DNA of 64,000 nucleotides from Angustibacter luteus (GTDB lineage: Bacteria; Actinomycetota; Actinomycetes; Actinomycetales; Angustibacteraceae). Where the stretch lies: the NCBI RefSeq assembly GCF_039541115.1, contig NZ_BAABFP010000007.1, positions 1 through 64,000 on the forward strand, written 5' to 3'. Position 1 is the stretch's first letter; each line of letters opens with the position of its first letter. The position numbers and the translations under genes were made by a program. Below the pieces are notes generated by a model. That model was given only the letters and a program-made list of their open reading frames with translations. It made no database searches and was not told the DNA's origin. Of this stretch, positions 39,731 to 48,922 are shown in pieces.

Positions 39731-42700
39731 GTGCAGATCGGCTACCTGGGACCGCTCGAGGTCCACGACGGCGAGCGCCTCGTCGTCGTCCCCGGGGTGC
39801 GGCTGCGCCGCCTGCTCGGGCGGCTCGTGCTGGACGTCGGCCGCGCCGTCTCCCCTCGCGCGCTGACCGACGCGGTCTGGCCGGACGACGTCCCCGCTGA
39901 TCCCGTGAACGCCTTGCAGTCCCTGGTGTCCCGGCTGCGCCGGGCGCTCGGGGACGGCCGGCTGATCGAGCAGACCCCGGCCGGCTACCGGCTGGCGCTG
40001 GCGCCGCAGGACGTCGACGCGGTCCGGTTCAGCCGCCTCGCGACCGCCGGTCGCGACGCACTGCGCCGCGGCGCGGACGACGAGGCCGCGGTGACCCTGC
40101 GCGAGGCCCTGGCGCTGTGGCGCGGCGAGGTCATGTCCGGGGACGACGACCCCGACCTGGAGTCCACCCGCGCCCGGTTCGCCGAGCTCCGGCTGCAGGT
40201 CCTGGCGGACCGGCTGGAGGCGGACGTCCGGCTCGGCCGAGCGGCCGAGGTGGTCGCCGAGCTGGAGGAGCTGACCGCCGCGCACCCGCTGCGCGAGGAC
40301 CTCGCCACGCTGCAGATGGGCGTGCTGGTCGACCTGGGCCGCCCCGCCGAGGCGCTCGCCGTGTACGAGAGCACCCGCCGCTTCCTCGCCGACACCCTCG
40401 GCAGCGACCCGTCGGTCGCGTTGCAGGCCAAGCACCTGGAGGTGCTCCGCGGCCAGGACGCCGGCCCGCCGGGACCACGCACCAACCTGCGCGCCGCGGT
40501 CACGAGCTTCGTCGGCCGCGACGAGGACGCCCGCCGGGTGCAGACGCTGCTGGCCGGCGGGTCCGGCTCCACCCGCCTGGTCACCGTGGTGGGCGCCGGT
40601 GGGTCCGGCAAGACCCGGTTGGCCAGCGAGGTCGCCGCCACCCTGGTGGACCGGCTCCCCGACGGCGTGTGGTTCGCCGAGCTGGCACCGGTCAACGACC
40701 CGGACTCGATCGCGCTCGCGGTGCTGGACGGCATCGGGGTGCGCGACGTCCGCCTGCTCGAGCAGCGCCGAGCCGAGCGGCCGCCCCGGGAGGCGCGCAA
40801 CCGGGTGCTGGACACCCTGTCCACGGCCGAGTGCCTGCTCGTGCTGGACAACTGCGAGCACGTCATCGAGGCCGCCGCGTCGCTGGTCGCCGACCTGCTC
40901 GGCCACTGCCCCCGGGTCCGGGTCATCGCCACCAGCCGCGAGCCGCTCGGCATCGACGGCGAGACGGTCTACCCGCTGACCCCGCTCGCGCTGCCCGAGG
41001 CGAGCCCCGATCCTGGCTCGCCGCGCGACGAGGCGCTCGCCCTGCTCAGCCCGGCCCAGGTCGAGGCGCTCGCCGCGGTGCCGTCCGTCCAGCTGCTGCT
41101 GGACCGCGCGCGGGCCGCCGGGGCACCACTGCGGCTCGACGCCGACACGCTGCCGGACGTCGTCCGCATCGTGCGCCGGCTGGACGGCCTGCCGCTGGCG
41201 ATCGAGCTGGCCGCGGCCCGGCTGCGGGTGCTCTCCCTCGCCGAGGTGGCGGACCGGCTCACCGACCGGTTCCGGCTGCTCACCGGCGGCAAGCGCACGG
41301 CGGTGCCCCGGCACCGCACGCTGCGGGCGGTCGTGGAGTGGAGCTGGGACCTGATGGACCCGCTCGAGCGCGAGGTCGCCGAGCACTTCTCCCTGTTCGG
41401 TTCCGGCGCCACCGCGCAGGCCGTGCGGGCCGTCAGCCCGACCTGGCGCGGAGGTGAGCCGCGGCCGATCGACCTGCGACCGGACCGGTACGACGAGCCC
41501 GAGCTGACCGACGTCCAGGACGTCCTGCACGCGCTGGTCGACAAGTCGATCCTGGTCGCCGAGCCGGACGAGCTGGGCACCCGGTTCCGGATGCTGGAGA
41601 CGTTGCGGGAGTACGGGTCCGAGCAGCTGAGCCTGCACGACCAGATGGACCCGGCCCGGCTGGCGCACGCCCGGTTCTACGCCCGCCTGACCGCGGTGGC
41701 GGACGCCCGGCTGCGCACCCGCGACCAGCTGGTCGCACTGCACGTGTTCGACGTCGAGCGGGACAACCTGCTCGCCGCGCTGGCGTACCTCGGCGACTCC
41801 GGCGACGCCCAGGCCTCGGTCGACCTGGCCGTCCGGCTGGCCTGGCACTGGACGCTGCGCGAGAGCGGGCGGGACGCCGCCCGCTGGCTGCGGTTCGCCA
41901 TGGCCGTGCCCGGCGCCGAGTCGACGACGATGTTCCCGGTGGCCGAGGCGATGGGGGTCGTCACCGCGTTCGCCAGCGCCGGCGACCAGCCGGACCCGCC
42001 CGACGCCCAGCGCCGCCTCGTCACCCTCGCGAACGCGTTGGACGGCCTGGAGTCCGAGCACCAGATCGCGCCCCTGCTGCGCCCGCTGCTGCTGTTCATC
42101 GGGGGCGAGCGCGAGGCGTCCATGGCGGCCATGGAGGCGACCCTGTCGTCCCCGGACGCGTGGGTGCGGGCAGCGGTGCGCGGGGTGCGGATCGCGTTCG
42201 GGGAGAACGAGGGCGAGCTGGAGATGATGCGCGCGGACCTGCCCGTGGCGCTCGCCGAGTGGGAGCAGATCGGCGACCACTGGGGGCTGGCGGCGGTGCT
42301 CTCCTCGAGTGGGCAGCTGCGGGTGCTCGACGGCGACCTCGTCGGTGCGGTCGAGGACCTCGAGGCGGCGCTGGGACACATGCGGCTGCTGGGCGGTGGC
42401 TCCGACGACCTGATGGCGCACATCCGGCTGGCCGACATCAGCCTGCGGGCCGGGGACGTCGCGCGGGCCCGGCGGTTCGTCGACGCCATCCGCTCGGACC
42501 GCCGGTACGCCGAGCTCGGCGAGATGCGGGACCTGCTCACGACGATCGCGTCCGGGGCGGTGGCGATGGCGGAGCAGGACGAGGCGACGGTCGACGCCGA
42601 GTACGCCCGCCTGACCCAGACGCTGGCGCGGATGGGCGAGCCGAGCCACTACCAGGCGCACGGCGGTTCGTACGCCTACGCCTTCCTGGCGCTGATCGAC

Positions 42701-43081
42701 GTCCGCCGCGCGCAGCTGGACGTCGCGGCCGGCCACGTGCGGACGGCGTGGCGACTGGCGTCGATGACCGAGGACCTGCCGATCATGGCGACGGCCGGGA
42801 CGTCGGTGGCCGAGCTGGGAGCGGCGCTCGGCCGGTCGCACGAGGCGGCCGTGCTGCTCGGCGCGTCCGCCGCGCTGCGCGGTTCGCCGGACCTCACCCA
42901 GCCCACCGTCGCGACGTTGACCGCGCACCTGGTCGCCGAGCTCGGCGGCGACGCGTTCGAGGCCGCCTTCGAGTCCGGGCGCGTCCTGGACCGCGAGCAG
43001 GCCAGGGCCCGGCTCGACCCGCAGCTGCTGCTGGGCGGGTCCACGAGGGCTCCGCTACCCGAGTCGGCGGGCGACGCCTGA
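39731..43081 (+). CDS. AfsR/SARP-family regulator (OmpR-type wHTH + BTAD + NB-ARC-like ATPase + TPR)
   Basis: LGPLEV, LVSRLRRAL, ALALWRG, HPLRE, GAGGSGKT, LDNCEH, LDGLPLAIELAAAR. Confidence 0.92.
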   Translation: MQIGYLGPLEVHDGERLVVVPGVRLRRLLGRLVLDVGRAVSPRALTDAVWPDDVPADPVNALQSLVSRLRRALGDGRLIEQTPAGYRLALAPQDVDAVRFSRLATAGRDALRRGADDEAAVTLREALALWRGEVMSGDDDPDLESTRARFAELRLQVLADRLEADVRLGRAAEVVAELEELTAAHPLREDLATLQMGVLVDLGRPAEALAVYESTRRFLADTLGSDPSVALQAKHLEVLRGQDAGPPGPRTNLRAAVTSFVGRDEDARRVQTLLAGGSGSTRLVTVVGAGGSGKTRLASEVAATLVDRLPDGVWFAELAPVNDPDSIALAVLDGIGVRDVRLLEQRRAERPPREARNRVLDTLSTAECLLVLDNCEHVIEAAASLVADLLGHCPRVRVIATSREPLGIDGETVYPLTPLALPEASPDPGSPRDEALALLSPAQVEALAAVPSVQLLLDRARAAGAPLRLDADTLPDVVRIVRRLDGLPLAIELAAARLRVLSLAEVADRLTDRFRLLTGGKRTAVPRHRTLRAVVEWSWDLMDPLEREVAEHFSLFGSGATAQAVRAVSPTWRGGEPRPIDLRPDRYDEPELTDVQDVLHALVDKSILVAEPDELGTRFRMLETLREYGSEQLSLHDQMDPARLAHARFYARLTAVADARLRTRDQLVALHVFDVERDNLLAALAYLGDSGDAQASVDLAVRLAWHWTLRESGRDAARWLRFAMAVPGAESTTMFPVAEAMGVVTAFASAGDQPDPPDAQRRLVTLANALDGLESEHQIAPLLRPLLLFIGGEREASMAAMEATLSSPDAWVRAAVRGVRIAFGENEGELEMMRADLPVALAEWEQIGDHWGLAAVLSSSGQLRVLDGDLVGAVEDLEAALGHMRLLGGGSDDLMAHIRLADISLRAGDVARARRFVDAIRSDRRYAELGEMRDLLTTIASGAVAMAEQDEATVDAEYARLTQTLARMGEPSHYQAHGGSYAYAFLALIDVRRAQLDVAAGHVRTAWRLASMTEDLPIMATAGTSVAELGAALGRSHEAAVLLGASAALRGSPDLTQPTVATLTAHLVAELGGDAFEAAFESGRVLDREQARARLDPQLLLGGSTRAPLPESAGDA

Positions 43082-43095
43082 CGTCACACCGGTGC

Positions 43096-43845
43096 TCAGG
43101 TCGTGCCGGAAGCCAGGGCTTCGGTGTGCGGCGGGTCGGCCCAGAGCTCGAGGAACCGCGTGACGTCTCGCCGGGTGGTGTCCCGGGTCAGGTAGTCGAG
43201 CTTGCTGCTCCGCACCGTCACCCGGACGACGTCCTCGTGCGGCAGCAGGGAGATCTGGAGCCGGTTTCCCAGCCAGAGGCGACCGAGTGCCACCCCGGTC
43301 CCGGCCACGACGAGCCCGTCGCCCAGGTTCACCACCCGGGCGCCGATCCCGCGCAGCGCGAAGAGCGTGAACTGGACGACGTCGTCGAGGTTCCCGCGGA
43401 CCACCAGCGATCCGAGGGCAGCGTTGGGACTCTTGGGGTCGATGTCGCCCCAGACCTTCCGACCCTGCTGGAGCTGGCGCACCAGCAGTGCGAGGAGCAG
43501 GGCCGCCAGCAGGATCGACCACCAGGGAAACCGCTGGACGACGGCGACGACCAGGTAGACGACCAGCAGGACGCCGACGGCGATCGCTGCCCGGGCCAGC
43601 CGCCGGAACCGGAGGCGGGCGTCCTCTCGCAACGCCTCGTCGGAGAAGGCCCCCTCCACGCCCTCCTGCCAGGCTGCCGGCGTCTGCAGGCTCTGGATCC
43701 GAAGGGTCGTGGGTGCGGCGTGCTGGCCCGCGCGACCGCGGGCGGACGTCAGGAGCGGGGGGATCGCGCGGGCTAGGGCAGTCGCGAGGGCGAGGAGTGC
43801 GGGCGCGAGGTGCTGGAAGGACACCGAACCGGTCACGACGACCAC
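43096..43845 (-). CDS. Hypothetical membrane protein
   Basis: Open frame with 2-3 hydrophobic segments; start uncertain. Confidence 0.55.
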   Translation of the reverse strand: MVVVTGSVSFQHLAPALLALATALARAIPPLLTSARGRAGQHAAPTTLRIQSLQTPAAWQEGVEGAFSDEALREDARLRFRRLARAAIAVGVLLVVYLVVAVVQRFPWWSILLAALLLALLVRQLQQGRKVWGDIDPKSPNAALGSLVVRGNLDDVVQFTLFALRGIGARVVNLGDGLVVAGTGVALGRLWLGNRLQISLLPHEDVVRVTVRSSKLDYLTRDTTRRDVTRFLELWADPPHTEALASGTT

Positions 43846-43943
43846 CTGCAGCGGAACATGTCCGGCCCCTGACGCCTCTCGCGCACGTCGCCCCCCGACG
43901 GCGCCCTGGGGCGAGTGTCCTGCGGTGGCACGGACCCACGCAA

Positions 43944-43982
43944 GCCCGTGCAGGCCCGTGCAGGGTGCGTGCAGGGTGCGTG
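43944..43982. promoter_or_regulatory. GTGCAGG direct repeats at 10-11 bp spacing (putative wHTH/SARP operator)
   Basis: gcccGTGCAGGcccGTGCAGGgtgcGTGCAGGgtgcgtg. Confidence 0.45.
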
Positions 43983-43985
43983 GGA

Positions 43986-44034
43986 GCGACGTCCGCCCGG
44001 GAACCCTCCTCGGGTTCCCGGGCGGACTCGTCGC
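43986..44034 (-). terminator. Strong hairpin after the ABC-2 permease gene
   Basis: TCCGCCCGGGAACCC-TCCTC-GGGTTCCCGGGCGGA with GCGACG/CGTCGC extension. Confidence 0.8.
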
Positions 44035-44041
44035 ACGGGGC

Positions 44042-44872
44042 TCAGGTGCGCTTGCGGTAGGCGCGCAGCGCCAGCGGGAAGAACACCGCGAGCAGGACGA
44101 CCATCCAGCCGAGCGTCCAGATCAGGTCCGTCTGCACCGGACCGCCGAGCATCAGGCCGCGGACGGCGCCGACGAGGTGGCTGATCGGGTTGACCTTGAC
44201 GAAGGACTGCAGCCAGTCCGGCATGGTCGCGACTGGCACGAACGTGTTGCTACCGAACGAGAGCGGCAGCACGATCAGGAACATGATCCCCTGCACGGCG
44301 CCCGGGGTGCGGACCTTCATGCCGACGAAGACCGAGATCCAGCCGAAGCAGAGCGCGAAGGCCATCGACAGCACGAGAGCGCCGAAGGTGGCGACCCAGC
44401 CGCCGGTCACGTTGAAGCCCATCAGCAGGCCGGTGGTCATCATGACGACGAACAGGATCAGGTAGCGGACGATGTCCGAGGCGACGGCGCCGACCAGCGG
44501 GGCCGAGCGGGCGATCGGCAACGAGCGGAAGCGGTCGAAGATGCCCTTCTCGATGTCCGAGTTGAGGTTCTGGCCGAGTGCGACGCTGGCCATCGCGATC
44601 GTCTGGCCGAACAGCCCCGGCAGCAGGAACTGCAAGTAGGCCTGCTGCGAGCCGCCGGCGATGGCGCCGCCGAAGATGTAGGTGAACATCCCCAGGAAGA
44701 TCACCGGCTGCAGGGTGACGTCGATGAGTGCCTCGGGGGTGCGGGCCATCTTGATCAGGCTGCGCTTGGCGAGCACCCGGATGTGCCGCAGCGTGGTGTG
44801 GGACGTGCTGGGGCTGATGGTCGCCGGGACGGCCACGGAGGTGCGGCTCCCGGTCAGGTCGGTGGTGGTCAT
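44042..44872 (-). CDS. ABC-2 type permease (DrrB-like)
   Basis: GIFDRFRSLPIARSA, TMPDWLQ, NPISH. Confidence 0.9.
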   Translation of the reverse strand: MTTTDLTGSRTSVAVPATISPSTSHTTLRHIRVLAKRSLIKMARTPEALIDVTLQPVIFLGMFTYIFGGAIAGGSQQAYLQFLLPGLFGQTIAMASVALGQNLNSDIEKGIFDRFRSLPIARSAPLVGAVASDIVRYLILFVVMMTTGLLMGFNVTGGWVATFGALVLSMAFALCFGWISVFVGMKVRTPGAVQGIMFLIVLPLSFGSNTFVPVATMPDWLQSFVKVNPISHLVGAVRGLMLGGPVQTDLIWTLGWMVVLLAVFFPLALRAYRKRT

Positions 44873-45840
44873 GCCGCCTCCTCGGTGGGGTCGGTGGTGT
44901 CGTCGTCGCTCGCGGTGCGGCCGGTCAGGGTGAGGAAGACCTCGTCGAGCGTGGGCAGGTGCAGCGAGAACTCGTGCACCGTGATGCCGGACTCGGTGAT
45001 CCGGCCGATCAGCGCCGGCAGCAGGGAGTCGTCGTCCACCCGGGCGGTCAGCTCGTGCCGGGCCGTCTCCTCGGGAGCGGTCCGGGTCAGGTCCGCGAGG
45101 ATCGCGCGGACGTCGTCGATCCGGTTCGGGTCCGTCGGGCGGATCCGCAGGCGCTGGCCGCCGATCACGTGCTTGAGACCGTCCGGGGTGTCGTGCGCGA
45201 TGACCTGGCCGCGGTCGATGACGGTGATCTCGTCGGCCAGCGCGTCCGCCTCCTCCAGGTACTGGGTGGTGAGCAGCACGGTGGAACCCTCGTCGACGAC
45301 CTTGCGGACGACGTCCCACATCTCCTCGCGCTTGGCCGGGTCGAGCCCGGTGGTCGGCTCGTCCAGGAAGATGACGGACGGGCGGCCGACCAGGCTCGCG
45401 GCCAGGTCGAGGCGCCGGCGCATGCCGCCGCTGTACGTCTTGGCCATCCGGTCGGCGGCCTCGGACAGGTCGAACCACTCGAGCAGCTCGACGGCGCGGG
45501 CCTTGGCGTCGCGGCCGCTCAGGTTCAGCAGCTGGCCGATCATCACGAGGTTCTGGGTGCCGGTCAGGTCCTCGTCGACCGAGGCGTACTGGCCGGTCAG
45601 GCCGATCCGGGCGCGCACGGCGGCGGCGTCGCGGACGACGTCCAGGCCGTCCACGTGCGCGCTGCCGGAGTCGGCCTGCAACAGGGTGGCGAGGATGCGC
45701 ACGGCGGTGGTCTTGCCGGCGCCGTTCGGGCCCAGCACACCGAGGACGCTGCCCTCACGGGCGGCCAGGTCCACCCCGGCGAGGGCCTGCGTCGTGCCGA
45801 ATCGCTTGGTGAGGCCGGTGGCCTCGATGGCGTAGGTCAT
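44869..45840 (-). CDS. ABC ATP-binding protein (DrrA-like)
   Basis: GPNGAGKTT, YSGGMRRRLDLA, LDEPTTGLDP, TTQYLEEAD, PTLDEVFL. Confidence 0.93.
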   Translation of the reverse strand: MTYAIEATGLTKRFGTTQALAGVDLAAREGSVLGVLGPNGAGKTTAVRILATLLQADSGSAHVDGLDVVRDAAAVRARIGLTGQYASVDEDLTGTQNLVMIGQLLNLSGRDAKARAVELLEWFDLSEAADRMAKTYSGGMRRRLDLAASLVGRPSVIFLDEPTTGLDPAKREEMWDVVRKVVDEGSTVLLTTQYLEEADALADEITVIDRGQVIAHDTPDGLKHVIGGQRLRIRPTDPNRIDDVRAILADLTRTAPEETARHELTARVDDDSLLPALIGRITESGITVHEFSLHLPTLDEVFLTLTGRTASDDDTTDPTEEAA

Positions 45841-45882
45841 GTCAGTTCTCCTGATCTCTGGTGAGCGTGACGATTCCTGGTC

Positions 45883-45942
45883 GCGCTGGCAGCACGCGCA
45901 CACGGCGCTGACACGTCCTGGCACGCGCTGACACGGCGTGAC
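45883..45942. promoter_or_regulatory. GCGCTGACAC-like direct-repeat array upstream of the drrA-like gene
   Basis: GCGCTGACAC 45905, GTCCTGGCAC 45915, GCGCTGACAC 45925, plus partial copies at 45883 and 45936. Confidence 0.55.
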
Positions 45943-46049
45943 CGTCCGTCCGTCCGATATGGACGCGTCTGCACGACAACTAGGCAGAATGGGTTAATCA
46001 CGAGCGTCCGCATGGCGGACTCTGCCCACGGTGCGTCACCATTTCCGTT

Positions 46050-46178
46050 GTGAACCCGCTTCCCCTGCGCAGTCCCGCCGCGGCCGGTGACTGCCTCGAC
46101 CTCACCGTCGTCGAGGCCCGTCAGACCGATGCCGTCGAGCTCGGGATGCTGCTGGCCTGGCTGGACGAGCAGGACTGA
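46050..46178 (+). CDS. Putative 42-aa small protein
   Basis: GTG..TGA encoding MNPLPLRSPAAAGDCLDLTVVEARQTDAVELGMLLAWLDEQD; GC3-biased; CACCAT just upstream. Confidence 0.45.
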   Translation: MNPLPLRSPAAAGDCLDLTVVEARQTDAVELGMLLAWLDEQD

Positions 46179-46246
46179 GCCGAGCCGTCCAGGGCTGAGC
46201 AAGGCCGATCAAGCCACGGCCCCCCGGGGTGGGCCACGCTGGGCGC

Positions 46247-47164
46247 ATGACGACGGACGTGATGGCCCGGATCCTCGACCTGGTGACCCAGGCGATGGAC
46301 GAGCCCGACACGACCGCGGACGAGCTCGCGTCCCGCGCGTACCTGTCCCGGTTCCACTTCGACCGGCTGGTCGCTGCGGCCACCGGTGAGCCCCCGGGCG
46401 CGTTGCGCCGCCGGCTGCTGCTGGAGCGAGCCGCGTACCGGCTCGTCAACGGCCGCAGCTCGGTGCTGGACGTCGCGGTCGAGGCGGGCTACGGCTCGCA
46501 CGAGGCGTTCACCCGGGCCTTCAACCGCGAGTACGGGTTCGCGCCGACCTCGCTGCGCCGTCGTCCGCCTCGCACGTTCCACGAGCTCGAGCTGCCTTGC
46601 CCGAGCGGCGTGCACTTCCAACCCCCCGGCGGCCTGCGGCTGCCGGCCACCCGACAGGAGAGCCAGATGGACGTCGTGCAGCACCTGGTCGACCACCACG
46701 TCGACGCGTTGACCGAGATCATCGAGCGGGCCGAGCCGCTCACCGACACCGTGCTCGACCAGCCGATCAGCGTGTCGGTCGAGACCATCGACGGCGAGCA
46801 GACCCTGCGCTCGCTGATCAACGCGATGGTGACGCAGGAGGAGCACTGGCTGTCCGCGCTGCGCGGTGGCGGGTGGCCGGACGAGAGCGACCGCAGCGTG
46901 CCCGGCCTGCGGGCGCGACACGCGGTGGCCGGACGGGACTACCGGGCGATGGTGGCCGACGCGATCAGCGACGGCCGGCTCGCGGACACGTTCGTCGACA
47001 CGACCTGCGGGCCGCCGACCACGCACACCCTGGGCGGCACGATCGGCCACGTCATCACCTTCGCGGCAGTGCGCCGCACGCTCGCCGTCGGCGCGCTGGA
47101 GACCGCCGGCGTCGAGGACGAGGCGTGGGCCGACCCGCGGCCCTTCCTGGACGGCCTGCACTAG
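46247..47164 (+). CDS. AraC-family regulator fused to a C-terminal DinB-like domain
   Basis: LSRFHFDR, GYGSHEAFTRAF..EYG..P; C-terminal helical domain (TLRSLI, HVITFAAVRR). Confidence 0.85.
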   Translation: MTTDVMARILDLVTQAMDEPDTTADELASRAYLSRFHFDRLVAAATGEPPGALRRRLLLERAAYRLVNGRSSVLDVAVEAGYGSHEAFTRAFNREYGFAPTSLRRRPPRTFHELELPCPSGVHFQPPGGLRLPATRQESQMDVVQHLVDHHVDALTEIIERAEPLTDTVLDQPISVSVETIDGEQTLRSLINAMVTQEEHWLSALRGGGWPDESDRSVPGLRARHAVAGRDYRAMVADAISDGRLADTFVDTTCGPPTTHTLGGTIGHVITFAAVRRTLAVGALETAGVEDEAWADPRPFLDGLH

Positions 47165-47311
47165 CTCGCAGCCCCGGCCGGTCGCTGACCTGAACGTCGG
47201 CTAGCGGCCCAGGTGCAGCCGGAGGGCCAGGAACTCGATGTCAGCCTGCGGCAGGCTCACGCTGACCTTGCTACCCGGGTATGACCGGTCGTGCTACCTG
47301 TCGGGCCCGGG

Positions 47312-47947
47312 TCACGGTGAAGCCTGGCCGAGCCAGCGGACCAGCAGCGCCGTCACGGTGCCGGTCATCACCCGACGAGCGGCCGTCTCGTCGAGGTCGA
47401 AGTCCTGTCGAAGCATCTGCCAGTCGCCCGAGGTCGTCGCCGTCGTCATCGCCACCACCAACGCCTCGCGAAGGCTGGTCGCCGTGGTGCCGCCGGCCTC
47501 GAGCTCGGGTGCGAAAGCCTGCTCCACCCCACGCCGGGCCAGGTCGATGTGCCGGGACCGGTTGTGCTGCAGCTGTTTCGAGAACGGCGTACGCAGCCGG
47601 GCCGCCGCCGCCGCCGGGGCCAGGGTCTCCAGCGCGGCGGCCCGGTGCGCGCAGAACCGGTCGATCCGCTCGGTCAGGGGCAGCGCCAGGTCGACCGGCT
47701 GGGACTGCGCCTCCTCGCGCTCGAGCACGACTGCGCCGGTCGCGGCGAACAGGGCCTCGAGGTCGCGGAAGTTGGTCCACAACGTGCGCAGGGAGATGCC
47801 GGCCCGCTCGGCGATCCGCTCGCCGGTGGGGCTCAGGTCGCCGGACTCGATCAGCTGCAGGTGGGCGCTCACGATCGCGGCCTTGCTGCGTTCGGCCCGC
47901 GCCGTCCGGCCGTCGACGCTGCCCGCGGCGGGCTGTTCGGAGGTCAC
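47312..47947 (-). CDS. TetR/AcrR-family regulator
   Basis: DGRTARAERSK, IAERAGISLRTLWTNFRDLE; start uncertain. Confidence 0.85.
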   Translation of the reverse strand: MTSEQPAAGSVDGRTARAERSKAAIVSAHLQLIESGDLSPTGERIAERAGISLRTLWTNFRDLEALFAATGAVVLEREEAQSQPVDLALPLTERIDRFCAHRAAALETLAPAAAAARLRTPFSKQLQHNRSRHIDLARRGVEQAFAPELEAGGTTATSLREALVVAMTTATTSGDWQMLRQDFDLDETAARRVMTGTVTALLVRWLGQASP

Positions 47948-48060
47948 GTGCGGAGTATCCACGATCGCCGAAACATGCACTAGACATGCGTCGACCCTTC
48001 CCGCAGCGCTCTCGCGCCCGTGCCGTTGGTCACGGAAAGGTGACGATTGCACCCGGCTCG

Positions 48061-48090
48061 TTGACTTCCTATCTGCAACGTCAGTGCACT
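48061..48090. promoter_or_regulatory. Putative promoter/TetR operator for the ABC importer
   Basis: TTGACT followed by TGCAACGTCAGTGCA (TGCA-N7-TGCA) in the divergent intergenic region. Confidence 0.4.
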
Positions 48091-48142
48091 TACCTCGTTC
48101 CGGCGCGGAGGCCGGTGGCGCACCCGAGACAGCGAGGTGAGC

Positions 48143-48922
48143 ATGGCACCGAGCCCGGCGACCCTCGGCCTGCGCGACGTCGGCCGCACCTTCGGCGGCC
48201 TTCGCGCGCTCGACCAGGTCAGCCTCGACCTGGCGGCCGGCGAGGTGCTCGGGGTCATCGGCCCCAACGGTGCGGGGAAGACGACGCTGTTCAACGTCGT
48301 CTGCGGGTTCGTCCGGCCGACCAGCGGGTCCCTGACCCTGGACGGCGCTCCGTGGCGCCCGCAGCCGCATCGCCTGGCCGGGCAAGGCATCTCGCGCACC
48401 ATGCAGGGCCTCGGGCTGTTCGGCGGGCTGGACGTCCTGGAGAACGTGATGATGGGTGCGACGCGCACGTCACGGGCCGGCTGGGCCTCGGCCCTGCTGG
48501 GCGGCGGGCGCAGTCGAGGTGACGAGCAGCGGCTGCGCGAGGCTGCGACGTCCGTGCTCGACGAGCTCGCCATCGCGGACGTCGCCCACGCCCGGCCTGG
48601 CGCGCTGCCCTACGCCGTTCGCAAGCGGGTCGCCCTCGCACGCGCGCTGGTCTCGAGGCCGCGCCTGCTGCTGCTCGACGAGCCCGCCGGCGGGCTTGGT
48701 GCCGCGGACGTCGACGAGCTGGCCGGGCTGGTCCGCGGTCTGCCCCGGCACGACCGGCACCCGTGCTCGGTGATGCTCGTCGAGCACCACGTGGACCTCG
48801 TGATGCAGGTCTGCGACCGGGTCGTCGTCCTCAACTTCGGTCAGCTCATCGCCGCCGGCCCGCCCGCGCAGGTCCGGGCTGACCCTGCCGTCCTCGAGGC
48901 CTACCTGGGGAAGGCCGGATGA
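48143..48922 (+). CDS. Branched-chain-amino-acid-type ABC ATPase (LivG-like)
   Basis: GPNGAGKTT, LPYA, LDEPAGG, EHH, VLEAYLG. Confidence 0.9.
   Translation: MAPSPATLGLRDVGRTFGGLRALDQVSLDLAAGEVLGVIGPNGAGKTTLFNVVCGFVRPTSGSLTLDGAPWRPQPHRLAGQGISRTMQGLGLFGGLDVLENVMMGATRTSRAGWASALLGGGRSRGDEQRLREAATSVLDELAIADVAHARPGALPYAVRKRVALARALVSRPRLLLLDEPAGGLGAADVDELAGLVRGLPRHDRHPCSVMLVEHHVDLVMQVCDRVVVLNFGQLIAAGPPAQVRADPAVLEAYLGKAG

Noticed and set aside
39731..45840. Secondary-metabolite biosynthetic cluster suggested by SARP + DrrAB
   Set aside because: No PKS, NRPS, RiPP or tailoring genes in the window.
46012..46053. 13-codon ORF MADSAHGASPFPL as a leader peptide
   Set aside because: No RBS, poor codon bias and no regulatory codon run.
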